Under the pieces are notes generated by a model that was not told the origin of the DNA, made no database searches, and worked only from the letters and a program-made list of their open reading frames with translations. A DNA stretch of 64,000 nt from the human T2T-CHM13v2.0 reference genome, Homo sapiens, in assembly GCF_009914755.1 (NCBI RefSeq), contig NC_060931.1. The stretch is one strand, 5' to 3'. Below are positions 14,375 through 36,815 of this stretch, piece by piece; the stretch's first letter is position 1, and each line of letters begins with the position of its first letter. The position numbers were made by a program, and so were the translations under genes.

Positions 14375-15196
14375 GTAAGGGGGTCAGGGACCAGGGCTGG
14401 GCTCCAGCACCGGACTGGACATATCCCTCGGGGCCCCAGTTCACTCCTGGCCGAGTTCCATCCTTGAGCCCGCGTCGCCCCCTTGGAGGCTTCCCCGCCC
14501 TCCTGCACTCGCTGATGCGGCAGCTGGAGGACCCGGGACCAGCCCTCACCTTGGGCAGGATTTGTTGGGCGGGTGCCTGTTGGGAACTGTGATGGAGGCT
14601 CAAGCGGCCCGTGGGTGGGGTGGGCTGCCCGTGGACATCCCCTTACGCCCCGAATTTCCATCTGGTGCAGCCTTCTCATCTTGTAGGTGAGGAAACCGAA
14701 GGCCTGAGGGAGAAGACTTACCAGGAACCCCTGTTAAGGAAAATTAACAAAGTGTGGTTATCAAAGGAGAACTGAGTTCGGATTCAGACCTGGAGTCCCA
14801 CACCCTTAGTTAAGACATTATACCACCTTGAGTCTGGCCTGTTGACTGAGGGTGAGCCACTCCATCCTCGTCTGATTGTGGGGTCTTGACCTCAAGGAGT
14901 TTCCTGCAGGAAGAAGCAAATGGGTTTGCTTTCCTAGCTCTGTCCAGTAGTTTAGGGACCCTGAGAAATGGAGAGATTCTTGGAGAGCCATCTGGTGTAT
15001 GTCATGGGTGGGCCTTGTTTGAAGGTCAGTCTGCCCAGTGGGCTGGTTCAGCCCAAATGAACTGTCTTGAATCTTTGGAGATGTCTGTGCACTTTTAAGG
15101 GTTTCTCATCCTTGCACCAAAAGATCCCCTGGAAATTAGGTGGGAAAACCTTAACTTTTGTGGAGCCTTCTATTTGTCTTAAAAGTTCATGCACAT

Positions 15197-15460
15197 AGCC
15201 AGTTGTGGTGGCTCACGCCTGTTATCCTGTCCTGGATCCCTTGAGTCAAGGAGTTTGAGACCAACCTGGACAATATAATGAGACCACATCTCTACAAAAA
15301 ATAAAATATTAGCCAGGAGTGGTTGTGCACATCTGTAGTCCTAGCTACTACTGTGGCTGAGGCGAGAGGAGCACTTGAGCCTGCACTGAGCTGTGATCTC
15401 ACCAGTGTACTCCAGCATGGGCCACAGAGCAACACCTTGACTCAAAAAAAAAAAAAAAAA
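15197..15460 (+). mobile_element. AluJ-like with left-arm deletion (in putative KSR1 intron 1, copy 1)
   Basis: Alu motifs and A tail; the same deletion is present in copy 2. Confidence 0.85.
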
Positions 15461-15581
15461 CCAACAAGAAAAATTCTTGAAGATTTTGTATTCTGTCCCA
15501 CTATCCATTGGTTTTCATGTCAAGATAATCTCAGAAATTCTTTACAATTGCTTCCAGAATGAGTAGCCTTTTGATCTACTG

Positions 15582-15771
15582 CACAGGTGTCCCATCTTTT
15601 GGCTTCTCAGGGCCACATTGGAAGAAGAATGCTCCTGGGCCACACATAAAATACACTAATGCTAACAACAGCTGATGAGCTTAAAAAAAAAGGTTTGTGC
15701 ATAATTTTCATGATACCCACCACCACAGGTAGGCAGAAACGTCCTTGTAGTCAGAGGGTTGGACACGGCTG
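15582..15771 (+). mobile_element. MER30B hAT-Charlie MITE
   Basis: GGTGTCC..TCTTTTGGCTTC...GGCCACACATAAAATACACTAA...GGGTTGGACACGGCTG; 8-bp TSD ATCTACTG/ATCTAGTG. Confidence 0.85.
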
Positions 15772-16132
15772 ATCTAGTGTCTTGTCCGTTTTGGCTTTCT
15801 CCCTGATTCCAGAATGCAGGTAGAGATGTAGAGACATGCTCTCAGGACAGCTGTTGAGATAAAAAAAAATTCTTGTCATTTATTCCCAAGGACAGATGTT
15901 TGCCATTTGCATTGAAAAAGTCTCCATTCAAACTGCTGTCACATATAAAATCTATTTATATGTCTGTATTTTTCTGTTGTCTTGGCCTTTGTGGGCAGTA
16001 GTGTGTTTTAACCAAGCAAACTGTCCTTCAAAATAATGAAGCCGAAGTCAGCCTACCTGCTTGCCATTTTTCTTCCCCTTCCATTTTTCTAACCTCAGGA
16101 TAATTGTAAGAATGAATTAAGATTTGTGTCTA

Positions 16133-16278
16133 AGGCCGGGCACAGTGTCTCAGGCCTGTAATCTCAGCACTTTGGGAGGTGGAGACGGATGTATCATTTC
16201 ATCTCAGGAGTTGAAGACCAGTCTGGGCAACATACTGAGACTCCGTCTTGTATGAATAAATTAAAATTTTAAAAAAGG
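16133..16278 (+). mobile_element. FLAM/Alu monomer
   Basis: GGCCGGGCACAGTG...GCCTGTAATCTCAGCACTTTGGGAGG...GAGACTCCGTCT plus A-rich tail. Confidence 0.8.
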
Positions 16279-17152
16279 AGAGAAAAGGAACTGTGTTTAA
16301 AATTTTAATAAAGGAGGGAAGGTGTAATGCAAAATGTGGACTATGCTAGCTATGATTGGGAAAACTAGTTTTTCATACAGCATTATCTGTTGACTTGTAT
16401 TAGCAGCATACTGGTCATAAGCGTTTTGCTTTCCTCAAATATCATGAGGTAAGCTACTTTAAAGTGTGGTGGGGCTTTCTTCCTCATGGCTCCTGGAGGT
16501 GTTGAGTCCCAATTTAGCCAATTAATTTGGGTTTAGTTTTGATATGAATAAGGGAGACTGGCTTCATTCATGATGCACACACAGTTTGGCCAGTAAGGAA
16601 AAAAAAAGCAACCTGAATGTTCCCACTCATTAGATGCTATCTGGGGAGCTCCTACCCCACCGCCACAAAGGCTCTGGCCCTTAAAAAGACTCAATGCAGC
16701 CTTTCTGCATCTCATACGGAATTCTGCAAGATGCTCCTGTGAAAGAAAGTTGTGCTGCATCAGCCATCTCCCTCCTGAAGATCCTTGCAGATGACGATTT
16801 GTGTTTTAAAGGTTCTCAGAAGTCCTGCAACAACAGTTCTCAAACTTATTTGTCCAGGGGATCTTTTCTTCCACTGAACATAGTTGGGGAGACACGGCCT
16901 TAAGCCTTGAGCAGAGAAAGAGACAAGAAACTGTTGGCTCACTTACAACCAAGTGTTGTGTTTATGTTTTAGGTTTTTATGAAACTGAGGTGCTGTTTGA
17001 GGTTCTGAATCAAATTGGGTGGTTGAATAGAGGCTCGTATCCCTGTAGACTTAGCCAGCCATGAGAGGTTGAGTTTTGTTGAAGGAGGTCTTTTACAAAG
17101 GGAAATAGGGGGTTTCCTGGGCATCACATTAGCACTTAAATACATGTATCAC

Positions 17153-17570
17153 TGAAATGAAATGAAATGATGAAATGATGACATGAAATGAAATGAAATG
17201 ATGAAACGAAATGATGAAATGATGAAATGAAATGAAATGATAAAATGATGAAATGAAATGAAATGGTGAGATGAAATGAAATGGTGAAATGATGAAATGA
17301 AATGCTGAAATGAAATGAAATGATTAAATGAAATGATGAGATGAAATGAAATGATGAAATGATGAAATGGAATGATGAAATGAAATGATGAAATGATGAA
17401 ATGAAATGGTGCAATGAAATGAGGAAATGAAATGAAATGCCGACATGAAATGATGAAGTGAAATGGTGAAATGAAATGAAATGATATGATGAAATGAAGA
17501 AATGGTATGAAATGATAAAATGAAATGATGAAGTGAAGTGAAATGATGAAATGATGAAATAATGAAATGA
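17153..17570. repeat. (GAAAT/GAT)n simple satellite, array 1
   Basis: Directly visible GAAAT pentamers interspersed with GAT. Confidence 0.95.
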
Positions 17571-23728
<6,158 letters not shown>

Positions 23729-23779
23729 ATACACTAATACAGATTAACCAACTAAAAAAATTGTGGAGAAAGGTCATTT

Positions 23780-25980
23780 AAAAAATATGAAGGATAGAGT
23801 AATAAACTATCACGTTGAAATCTAAGAAGGAGAAAACAGCTTGTCTGAACAGCATTTTAAGTGGCAATGTTAGAGGTTTTATCAAAATTGACCAATAATA
23901 TTAAACGACAGGTTCAGGAGGCTTTTCAAAGCAAAGGAAAACACACACGGAGGACACATCTAGAAACATAATGGGACAATTTCTGAAAAGTAAAAGAAAA
24001 ATGTAAAGAGCACTTGATAAAGAAATTGGGCTAACTACAAAGAGAAAGAGTTGACTGATAACAACTTTCTCAAATGAAACAACGAAAGCCAACAAGTGAG
24101 GTATTGACATCTTTCAAGTCCTGAAATAAAATAAGTGCTGACCTAGAACTGTCTACTTGGTGGACATATCCATCAAAAGCAAAAGATACAATAAAGAATT
24201 TCTCCCAAGCAGACCCACAGGAAAAGAAATACTAAAGATTATTCTTCAGGTAGAAGAGCCATGATCCCTGATAAAAGTTTGCAGTTAGAAGAACTATTTT
24301 TTAATGAAAGAAATAAACATAGGGAGAAATTTAATTGGATATTGACTGTATAACAGGATGCTATCTCATAAAGTTTAAAATGTATCTTCCATACAACAGC
24401 AGAAGCATATAAGTTGTGAGTTGGATAAATTAATTTTAAAATATTGTCAAGTTTTTTTTCTCCAAATAGATATATGTACCAATTATATTAGACCCTGAAT
24501 TCAAGAATGCACGTTGTATTAAACCAGGTAAAACATAACCAGACCAGATTTTCTAAATGGACTCTCTTAAAGTTTTTATAATTTATATTCATATTTCACA
24601 TATGTTGAAAGTAAATAATGGAAAAGCATGCAATGCAAATATTAACCAAAATATAGCTTTAGTTGTACTTATATTCACATTTTAAAAGTTGGACACAGTT
24701 AAGTCTCAGTGATTTTTTTACACAACGGAGGCAACCTGTGCAGTTATAACTAGTATTATATTATGCTCTTGGCCTGATTACAGAAGGGAAAGGGGAGATC
24801 ATACCAGACAGTGGCAGAATGAAGCAACAAGGAGTAGAGTTACAGAACATGATGCTGTAACTGGGACTGGAGTTACACTTTTAGAGTTAAAGAATAGTAA
24901 ACTGGACAAAATATATGAAACATTTTTTTGAAGTACTGAACATCAGGCAGCACGGGACTGTGCTCGGCAAGAGAAGAGAAGGAGCCAGAATGAGTCCTGC
25001 TTTATTCCCAGATTCTCCGTGACAGCAGTAGAGAGGAATCCCAGAGAGAGCAGACATTGTCATTGCACTGAGGAACCAGATAAAAATCCAAAAACGTTAA
25101 GCAGCTGGAAAGTGTAGATAGAAGAGAACGTTTACAGAAAAAGGAACCAAGAATCATCCTAAGGATTCTCCCAAGTCCCTAAGCCAAATGTACATAGGAT
25201 GAAATTCTAAGGAGCTCAGCAAAGGACTGTACCAGGGAGTTGGAAGAAGAACATTTCCCTGGCATCACATGACAGGAAGACACGTCAGCTCTGACCAGCC
25301 ACAGAAGGGAATCCCCTCTGTACCTCCACGATATTCAGTAAAGACCACTTGAGGTTCATGCCCTAGTGACAGTGCTCATTTATCTCCAAATTACAGATGG
25401 CTCTAGACTAACTCAACAAAGTTTAAAGAGAAGATTTAAAACAACAACAGAAAAATACTCATCCTGAAGTTACTGAACTGCCTGCCACAACATTGTTCAA
25501 AGGTAGCCAATCAAATCTAGATATTCATTAGCATAACACCAAAATACCCCCAAAAAAAGCCTCTGACATGCAAAGAAGCCGTAAGATACATATAATTAAG
25601 ACATAAATTAACAGGATAAAAATAAGTCATTTATAAATGACAGAAAAGGAAATTTCAAGGTCCTTAAAGTAAATATATTTTACAAATACATATAGATAAA
25701 TACATATATATGTCAAGGTACTTAAATGAAAATTGAACATAGTAGAAAAATGGAAGTTATAAAATAAAAAATGTGACATGTATAGATGAAAACTAAATAT
25801 TTGAAATAAAAATTCCATGAGATAGAATAAGTAATGGATTTTACGCTAACATCAGAAAATTTATAGAACAAAATAGAAGATTTACAAACTAAAGGACAAA
25901 GGGTAAACAAAAATAAGAAAGCCAGAAACTCACTGATACGTCAGACAATATGCAGCAGTGTAACATACATGTAATCAATA
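23780..25980 (+). mobile_element. Ancient L1M 5'/ORF1-region remnants (fragmented)
   Basis: A-rich, degraded ORF1-like motifs (GACATCTTTCAAGTCCTGAAA...CCTAGAACT); boundaries approximate. Confidence 0.5.
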
Positions 25981-26029
25981 TCTCAAAAAGGAAGGGTGGG
26001 GGAATTATAGGTGAATAAAGAATGGTACA

Positions 26030-26203
26030 CTCATTCCTGAGGGCACCGAGGAGGGAGGATAGCTTTAGATTCCTAAGGGAGGGTATTATCCATTCATGAA
26101 GGTCCAACCCCCATGAACAAACACCTCCCAGTGAGCCCCACCTGCAACATTGGGGATAAAATTTTAACATGAGATTGGAAGGGGCAAGCATTCAAACCAT
26201 AGC
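26030..26203 (-). mobile_element. MST-family MaLR LTR fragment
   Basis: CACCTCCCAGTGAGCCCCACCTGCAACATTGGGGATAAAATTTTAACATGAGATTGGAAGGGGCAAGCATTCAAACCATAGCA. Confidence 0.7.
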
Positions 26204-27589
26204 AAGAGTTAAATTTCCTTTTTAAAAAAAAAATCACTGATATGATTCCATTTCGCCATAGATAAAAGCTAGTATTTCAGCCTACCATTGAGTGTATTTA
26301 TAGCTCACCAAAAGGGCACTCTGTCTCGGGAATACAGCTTTGCCTAGAGGTATCCTATTGCAGTCAAAGAAAGAGCAATGAGGGATAGAAAAGGTTAGTG
26401 ATGGAGACACCAGCGCTGCATTTTGCAACAAACAATGTAAAAACTTTACGGATTGGTTCTGCTAACTTACTACAGTTTACATTCCTCTCAGGTGGGAGAA
26501 TTGTTGCGTTTTTTCTTAAGATAGAAAAGCAATTCAGATAATCTGAAATCTCCACAAGAAGGATAAGAAGCACAGCAGAAACTATTCTAGGTAGGAAGTC
26601 AATCCTTTCAACTGTCTGTGCTCCATAGAAACAATTGTCTGCACTGGGAGTCATATGAGGTACAGACCACAGCCAGACCTCTGATCCTCTCATTAGTGAT
26701 TTCAGAAGAAATTACCAGTCAACTGAGTAATTCACTGAGTAAAGTAAACATTTGGCACTGAAAGAGGTTAGACGGATAACTATTTGTATCACCATATTCA
26801 TGAAGCTAGAATATGTTCCATTACTCGTATGACATCCGAATGGAAGGCGTTAAAAGGTCTCTCATCTTGTAAGATGGATATGAAAGAACATTTTCTGAGA
26901 AATGAAATTATTAACACACCTGCGAGGTGGATGGAAGAGAAAAAAAGAATAATCAGCTTGAGTTCTTCTCCTTGATAAGACAACTCACTAAAAACATAAA
27001 GAGAAAAATACAAGTTTAAAATAATTAACCAGAAGAAGACGACTCTAGAGATTTTAAATTGCTGATAAGATTTTAATTTGCTCCAAGTTGAAAATAATTA
27101 TATTGCTTGTGTTTTAAGGCACATATGAGCAATTATATCACACATGATAGTTTCAGCAGTAAAATATGATCCATTAACAGCTGGAACTCATAAAAGCATA
27201 GCACAATGTGAAGATGGAATTTGCTAAAATAAACCATCTGCTGAAAACTACTACTCTGCGAATTTAAAAATAACGTTTAAATGCTATTTGTCTTATTTAA
27301 TAGGTCTGTGAAAAAACTGCACTATTTGAAAAGTAGGTGCTACCTTAATTATTTCTTTATGTTAGAAGGATGGTTACAGTAATGCACAGTAAGGTGCTAC
27401 ATAGATATATTGCTAATTTTCTGCATATACTATGAATTTTGCTTAAATTATTTGAAATTTTATAGTTAAAATAACAAATGTATACTTAAATGTTTTGGCA
27501 CAAATTGCAAATATAACTTTAAAAAGCGTCTTACACTCTAAATATTATTTGTCACCTATATATTTGTTTTTTCTGTATAGGAAAGTTTC

Positions 27590-28500
<911 letters not shown>

Positions 28501-29479
28501 ACCTCCATATGTACAATAAATAATATTGTGATTTTTAATCTTTGCTCCTCTGTGGAAAAAAAACACAGGTGTGATTTCTAGTGTAGCTGAACATCGTTTA
28601 TTTGACAATATTGCAGTTGTGTGTGGGTGTGTGCCTGTGTAGCTACTGTTTAATTTTGTTCTCACATAATGATTAGATATTAACCATTAATTCAGTAAAA
28701 TGTATGTTTTGCAATATTTCTCCATGTTATTATGCTTTAAATTAGCTTAATCATGCCCCTATGATGTGTACATTTTAACCTTTCACTATAGGTCTCAATC
28801 TTGCTTTGGATCCTGTATTTCAATTTATGCTAATAAAGTCCTACAGCTAAAAAAGATTATATAAACTTAGTTACATTTTTACTAGTATTCTGGTGTCATT
28901 TTAAATTATGTAATGAAATCAAATCTTAATTTGGATTATTGTTATCTGATTTAAGGATCTAAATTTTTAATTTTCTTATAAATATTACATAATTATTTCT
29001 GAACCATATATTGACTAATCTGCCCTTTATATGATGTGTATTATAAGAGCTTGGGATTGTTTCATTTCCAAAGATGAATGCTTGAGAAGTAGATATTTAA
29101 TCATAACATTTCAAAAGCTACTGGATAACCTAGAATTGAAAAATAGCCTATAGGTTGAAAAACTCCTGTAGTGAAGAAAGAAAATAACTAATATACAGTG
29201 ACAATATAAATATTATAAGTATTTATTTTATTATCACCCTGAAATTTTATAATACAAACATGTAATATCTACATATCATCCATATATCAGGTCATAAAAA
29301 ATCAATACATTCTTCAAAAATTTAGCATAACAGAAAATGCACTCTCTCTCCTTGATGGAATTAAGTTACAAATAAAAGTAAAAATAAGTAGATAAGTAGA
29401 TGGAAGCAGATGTTTGAAAACAAAGAAAAATATTTGTTTTGGATAACATAAAATCTCAATTGACAATTCCAATATTTCC

Positions 29480-29677
29480 AGAACTTTGCCTGTCAACTAG
29501 TGGAGAGTTTTCCCCAGGAGACATTTGTCAATATCTAGGGTTATTGTGGGGATGTCAAGACAGGTGGAGGTGTGAAATTTAGAGGTGAAATGAAACACTT
29601 AGCATTGCCAGGGCGGCCTCCCACAACAAAGAATCCTCTGGTCCTAAAGGTAAGTAGCACCAAGGTTCAGAAACCAT
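29480..29677 (+). mobile_element. MER20 hAT-Charlie MITE
   Basis: CCCCAGGAGACATTTGTCAATATCT...CCCACAACAAAGAAT...AGGTTCAGAAACC resembles the MER20 consensus. Confidence 0.65.
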
Positions 29678-29804
29678 AATCTACACAGGAAACACTACGT
29701 AGCTATTCCAAGTGCTCAGGAAAACACATCAGTGCCCTCGAAGGGAAAGGTGTAAACATTTTAATTGCTGTACATGGTGACACAAATCCATTTTGTTAAT
29801 CAAA

Positions 29805-30246
29805 GTTGAAGGGTCTGAAGCACAAAACGAAATTCAAAGAGTTTACTTGAGCCAAAATGAGGACAGCTGCCTGGAAGAAACAGACCCAAGTATCCTTGGA
29901 TATGAACTCCCTTTGGAGCTTTGCAACAAGCAGTTTCTTAAAGGCAAAAATGGGTCCAGAAGTGGGATGATGCAAAGAGGTTTGTCACAAATTCTCATTG
30001 GCTTATGGAAATAACATTTATTAGTGACTGGCTATACACCGTTACACTATTATCGGGTGTGGATTATAGTGTCTGGTGTGGCATTATTGGTTAATTTATA
30101 GCTACTGTGGCAACAGCAAGCAGCCTAGATGAACACACAGCTCAAAGAGGAGCAGTACAGAACTGCTGTCTCATTTGAATATCTCTCTGGGCCTGATTAT
30201 TTAAAAGGACTTGCATTTCTCACATGAAAGTTATTTTCTTTTCTCA
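29805..30246 (-). mobile_element. ERV1 (MER4-group) LTR-like segment
   Basis: AGAGTTTACTTGAGCCAAAATGAGGACAGCTGCC...TTTTCTTTTCTCA terminus; family not resolved. Confidence 0.45.
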
Positions 30247-30439
30247 ATGCCCATAAATGAGAATAAATAGACGTAAAATAGATCTTTTCGAGGATGAAAT
30301 AAATGGAATAAAAAACAAAACCCAAGCTGACCAGAAATCATAGAGGGAAGAAAAGGTTATAAATAAATGGATTTTTCAAAGTGATTTTAAGCTATTAGGA
30401 ATCAGTTAAATGTTGGGGGATTTTGTCTGAGAATGGGCT

Positions 30440-30978
30440 AAAGGAGAATGTCCCTTTTGCCTTCTGAAGTTTCCCTGAAAATCACTAATAGGGGGCAGAT
30501 GAATAGTAGAAAAGGCATACAAGTTTCTGCAATGTGTGTACACTGGAGCCCTTAGAACGAAGACCCGGACACACGATGTGTGCAGAAGCTTATCTACCAC
30601 ATGAAGTTTACAAAAAGAATGGGGTCTTGGATCACAGGGAAAAAAAAGGAAAGGTTATGTGAGAAAACAATCCTGGCTAGCAAGAGTGGACTTATTACCT
30701 AGGTGGAACCTCACTGGGAACAGTCCTCAGAGAGAATAGACAGAAAATGTTTCTTTCAGACCTTTGGAGACCTCAGACTCTCAGTTAAACTTTCCTAGAT
30801 CCAGACAAGGGTGCAGACCTCAGAGAAAGCCTGGCTGCATCAAGGCAGATTCTCTACCGATACAAATCTCCTCAAGACAGCTTTGCAGCTAACTTTGCAT
30901 TTCCAGCCCTTCTCAATAGCCATTTTGATATATATCAAGGAAATATATTCAGGGGTAAAATATATTAGTTTCCCTTAT
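30440..30978 (-). mobile_element. MER34-group ERV1 LTR
   Basis: Similar to 27590-28500; ends GAAATATATTCAGGGGTAAAATATATTAGTTTCCCTT. Confidence 0.55.
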
Positions 30979-32949
30979 ACAGCTATAAAACATACAGGAA
31001 TAATTTTTGTCAACGTCTACTACAAATCCAATATAGCAGTAATTATAAAACCCACCAGATGTTGAAGAAAAAATATGGAGAGGACCTCAATTACAAATGT
31101 TGATACTAAAATGCCAAATAAAATAAAAATAATATCCAACAATATTTGAAAGAGTAAGACAAGAAATTGGCAAAAAAAAAAAAAAAACAAATATCCACCT
31201 TGGGGATGAAAATATGTTTCAAAATTTGGTAATCCAATAATATTAATAATCATATTGATTAGCCCAAATGAAAAATAAATAGGGGATTCTCAGTACATGC
31301 TAAAATATATTCGTTAAAATGCAATATTCATGTCTTTACAGATTTTAAATGCAATAAAGGGTCTGATATTCTATATGTAAACCTGTGTATGTCCATTAGA
31401 AGAAGAGAGGCCTGATTTTCATATGTTACTACATAGAGATAGAGAAGTGGATCGATTAATTTGTATATGCATAGAAAAAGCATAAAATAGAAATTGACTA
31501 TCATATTAAAGGAATTTTAATTCAACAATAAAATAATTCAAAGGTAAAATTTTAAATATTTTAACAGGTACATTATTATTAGATAATATTTATAATAACT
31601 GTGAAAATATTGAATGCTAAAATAAGATACAATGTCTAAACATCAGTATTAAAACTAGTATAAATATTTGCTTGTTTATAGAAGGAAAATTCAAGCTCGA
31701 AATAAAATTATATGGGAAATAAAATAAAAATTTTAAGAGAGCTCTTTAATAACATAAACATATATATATACACACAGACATATAACATGTATATATGGTA
31801 TATGGGATAGATATAGATTTAACATGTTATATCTATATTTGTATCTATAACTACAGCTGTATGTATCCACATTTCTATATATTTACTCAGTGATATGAAT
31901 ATAGACTGGAATAAATACAAGGATATATATGATTCTTGGATAAAAAAGATTTAGTATAATAAAGACAAATACTTTCCAAATTCACTTATGAATTCACAAC
32001 AATATACAGTTTCATTAGTATAATTTAAAATTTTTAAATAAATTCCAAGATTCATTTAAAGGAATATACATGTATACAAGCAGTCAAGAAAGGAGCCAGA
32101 GTGCACTAATCTAACTTGCTATTAAAATACCTTTTTAAACTTAGTCACTAAAACCGAGCAGTACTGATTTGGAGTACTGGAATTTAGGTACATGGGATCT
32201 CAAAGGCACAGAGCTCAAAGGAGACTCCTGTATGCACGAGAGCTTAAGATGTGCTTTGGAAGGCATTACGAAACCACGGGCAAAGTTCCTTTAGTGTCTT
32301 AGTCTTACTAGGTTTGAAAAGCCAGAGAAAAGACTCAAGAACATCATATAAGAGCAAAACAAAAGGACAGGGAGAGAATGTGAAGATGCTGAAACATTTT
32401 ACATAAAGTTGTATAAAACATCATTTAAAGAAAATATAAAGTTTAGGATATACATCAAAATCAGCAGAGCCACTAAATAAAAAAATAGGCATTGTAAAAT
32501 AACAAGAGAAAATTTAAATGGCTTTCTAAAAAATGTTGACACCTATGATTTTTAAAATATGTTTAAGAAATCCCGTATTTCACAGCGCAGCCTTTCACAA
32601 CACAGATATGTTAGGACATAAAGGTCCTTCTGTTTTTAATTTACTAGTGTTTATAGGGTTACAAATGTCTTCTACCCTTGTCTTTTGTCTGATGGTGCCA
32701 AAAATTTTCATAAGCATATACTTCTGAATGCCTGATGGATTGACATATATAATAAGCTGCTAGTATTAAAATATGTGACATAAAACGCATCCAATCTTCT
32801 CACTGTTTACATAAATTCTAGGTTTCTCCTATTTACCTCAAGCATTTATGGAGCGAATTCTTACCTTTTAGTATTGCCATGGCATTCACATTGAACATAC
32901 GTTGAACTCTCTCATATGGTAGCTGGGTTAGGATTCCCTTGACAATTTC

Positions 32950-33790
32950 CAGTTCTAACCCTCAAATTTCCTCAATGTGGCTGGCCGAGATATTGACCCT
33001 TCACAGTTGCCTCCTCCTGGTGACTACCAGCTATGGAACCGTTGGATACAACCTACCTGACTAACCCCACAGACCTCACAGTGCACATGGACAGCCCCCA
33101 CACGCCAGAGTGACCTGCTCGATTGCAGTAGGAGTCAAGAATTGTGCCCCGACTCACCCCACCGACTCACTGGCACTCACCCCACCGACTAGTGCCCCGT
33201 GGAAAACTTATTTGGATAATGTTCTGTGCCCAATAAAGGCTGGAGTCCCACAGATCCCTTTTCTCTCTCCTGCTTCCCACCCACCTTCCCCATTTTCTTC
33301 AGCCCTATGAGATGTGCTACTGTATTAGTCCATTTTCATACCGCCAGTAAAGACATGCCCAAGACTGGGTAATTTCCAGAAGAAAGAGGTTTAATAGATG
33401 CACAGTTCCACATGGCTGGGTAGGCCTCACAATCATGGCACAAGCCGAAAGGCACGTCTCACCTGGCAGCAGACAAGAGAGCTTGTGCAGGGAAACTCCC
33501 CTTTATAAAACCATCAGATCTTGTGAGACTTATTCACTATCAGAAGAACAGCATGGGAAAGACCTGCCCTCGTGATTCAATTACCTCCCAGCTGTTCCCT
33601 CCCACAACATGTGGGAATTCAAGATGAGATTTGGCTGGGGACACAGCTAAACCCTCTTCTCAGCTACCCTCTTCTCTCTGGATCTGTGAGTAATAAACCT
33701 ACTTCTGTGATTTCCCATGTTTGGTTCTGTGGCCTCCATGTGTCTGAGCTGACCTACACTGGAACCTAACTCTCCTCCTGGCCAGGGTCT
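32950..33790. mobile_element. Old ERVL-type LTR (MER74-like) interrupted by THE1B
   Basis: LTR-like motifs (AATAAAGGCTGGAG; GAGTAATAAACCTACTTCTG) on both sides of the THE1 insertion. Confidence 0.4.
33321..33662 (-). mobile_element. THE1B solo LTR
   Basis: TGTATTAGTCC...GTGGGAATTCAAGATGAGATTTGG..GGGGACACAG; TG...CA ends; 5-bp TSD GCTAC (33316-33320 / 33663-33667). Confidence 0.9.
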
Positions 33791-35249
33791 CTGAGAGTGC
33801 CTCTTGTCAGAAATACACAGGACACAGGTCAGGAAACAGTCACCAGGCATCTCCTAGTCTCAACAGATGTTCTGTGAGAGGGAGGCCTGGTCGTGGGATG
33901 CACACCTGGCCACTGCTAGGGTAAGGAAGTGTCCTGTGAAAGGCACATGTTAAGCATCCACAACCCCCTGACCAGAACCCCAGAAAGGCAGGGCTGCAAT
34001 TGTCAGTCACTCTCCAGAGACAAACCTCAAGCCCTAACTGGAGGAAAAGAAAACAATGTAAAAAGTTGAATTTATCTTACTATTTCAATGATCCAGTAAA
34101 GATATTCTATGCCTGTACACCACATATTTTCTTCGATTGTGGATTTATTTTAGATAGAATTTTAGGTCTGGCTTTCACTTTAGCCTGGTTCCTACCTCAA
34201 GCATAAGGTAAATATTTTCCATGCATTCTTTTCTGGTACTTCTACCTGCCAGTGTGGGGTCATGTCCTAGTCTATCTTGAGGGAATCCCCCTGTTCATTA
34301 TTGTCAGAGTGAGACTGTTAAGTCTTGATTTCCCTGGACAACTTCACTGCATGACTTTTAATATGATTTTTTAATATACCCTTTACTGGACAATAAATTC
34401 TATAGTTATCTGAGTAAGAGATATGGTCAGGAAGAGGCATTGTCTCATTCAGTTTTTCTCTTTGGTGAACTTGCATATGTTCTCCTCACCTGCCAGTCAC
34501 CTCTAAACCGTATTGTTCCAAGACAACAAACAGAACTCGAGTGTGTATCTTTCACCACTGGATTTGTGTTTGCTCCGTAAAGCTTCATGCTTAACAGGAT
34601 TTCTGTTAGCATTTTCTCTATTTATTTTCCCATAAAATATCACAAACCTTCTTCATATGGAATTATGGGTGATTTCCTTCTATCTGCATCATATCAAGTT
34701 GAGGTTCATGTTGATGAAAAGTAAAGCATACGTTGAAAATATCAGTAATGATGTTTCCCCTCCTTTTTAACACCTGTGCTTGTGATACAAGCACATTTTC
34801 ATACAATAGTGGTCCCATGCTTTGATCATTCCTATGATGAAAATAACATTTTTAGATAAAATATCTGAGTTTTATGAGGCCTTTAGTATGTGATGTGATA
34901 GAATATCATAGGACCATACTTTTTTCTAGGTTTCCGTGCAATTCTGTCATTATTTCATCTTTACTCCTACCAGAGTAATTTTGCAAAATAGATATCTTGT
35001 CATTCTTCCTGTTGTTATCAGTAAATAAGTGAAATGAAAAGCTAGATTATATAATTTATCTAGAACAACAAAGTGGAATTGAATCTATATTCATTAATGA
35101 GACTAACCAGTCAATTACACAGGTAGGTATTTTACATTTTGAAGATCATATGGACCCATTGTCAGAAATATTATTATTTATGTCTATATGGACATTACCT
35201 GGGCATATTTACATAGAAATCAATGAGAGCTGAGTTTTATTTTTATTAT

Positions 35250-36815
<1,566 letters not shown>

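Larger units (their letters stand above)
12340..17570 (+). repeat. Segmental duplication module, copy 1 (GC array + KSR1 5' fragment + GAAAT satellite)
   Basis: Colinear with 48903-54922 from CAAGATAACAT to TACATGTATCACTGAAATG; about 18 mismatches in a 210-bp sample (16681-16890), fewer in other stretches. Confidence 0.95.

Noticed and set aside
34150-34215. Possible small exon (TTTTAG...CATAAG|GTAAAT); similar candidates near 7960-8220 and 26500-26990
   Set aside because: Splice-like motifs only; no recognisable protein or transcript support from sequence alone
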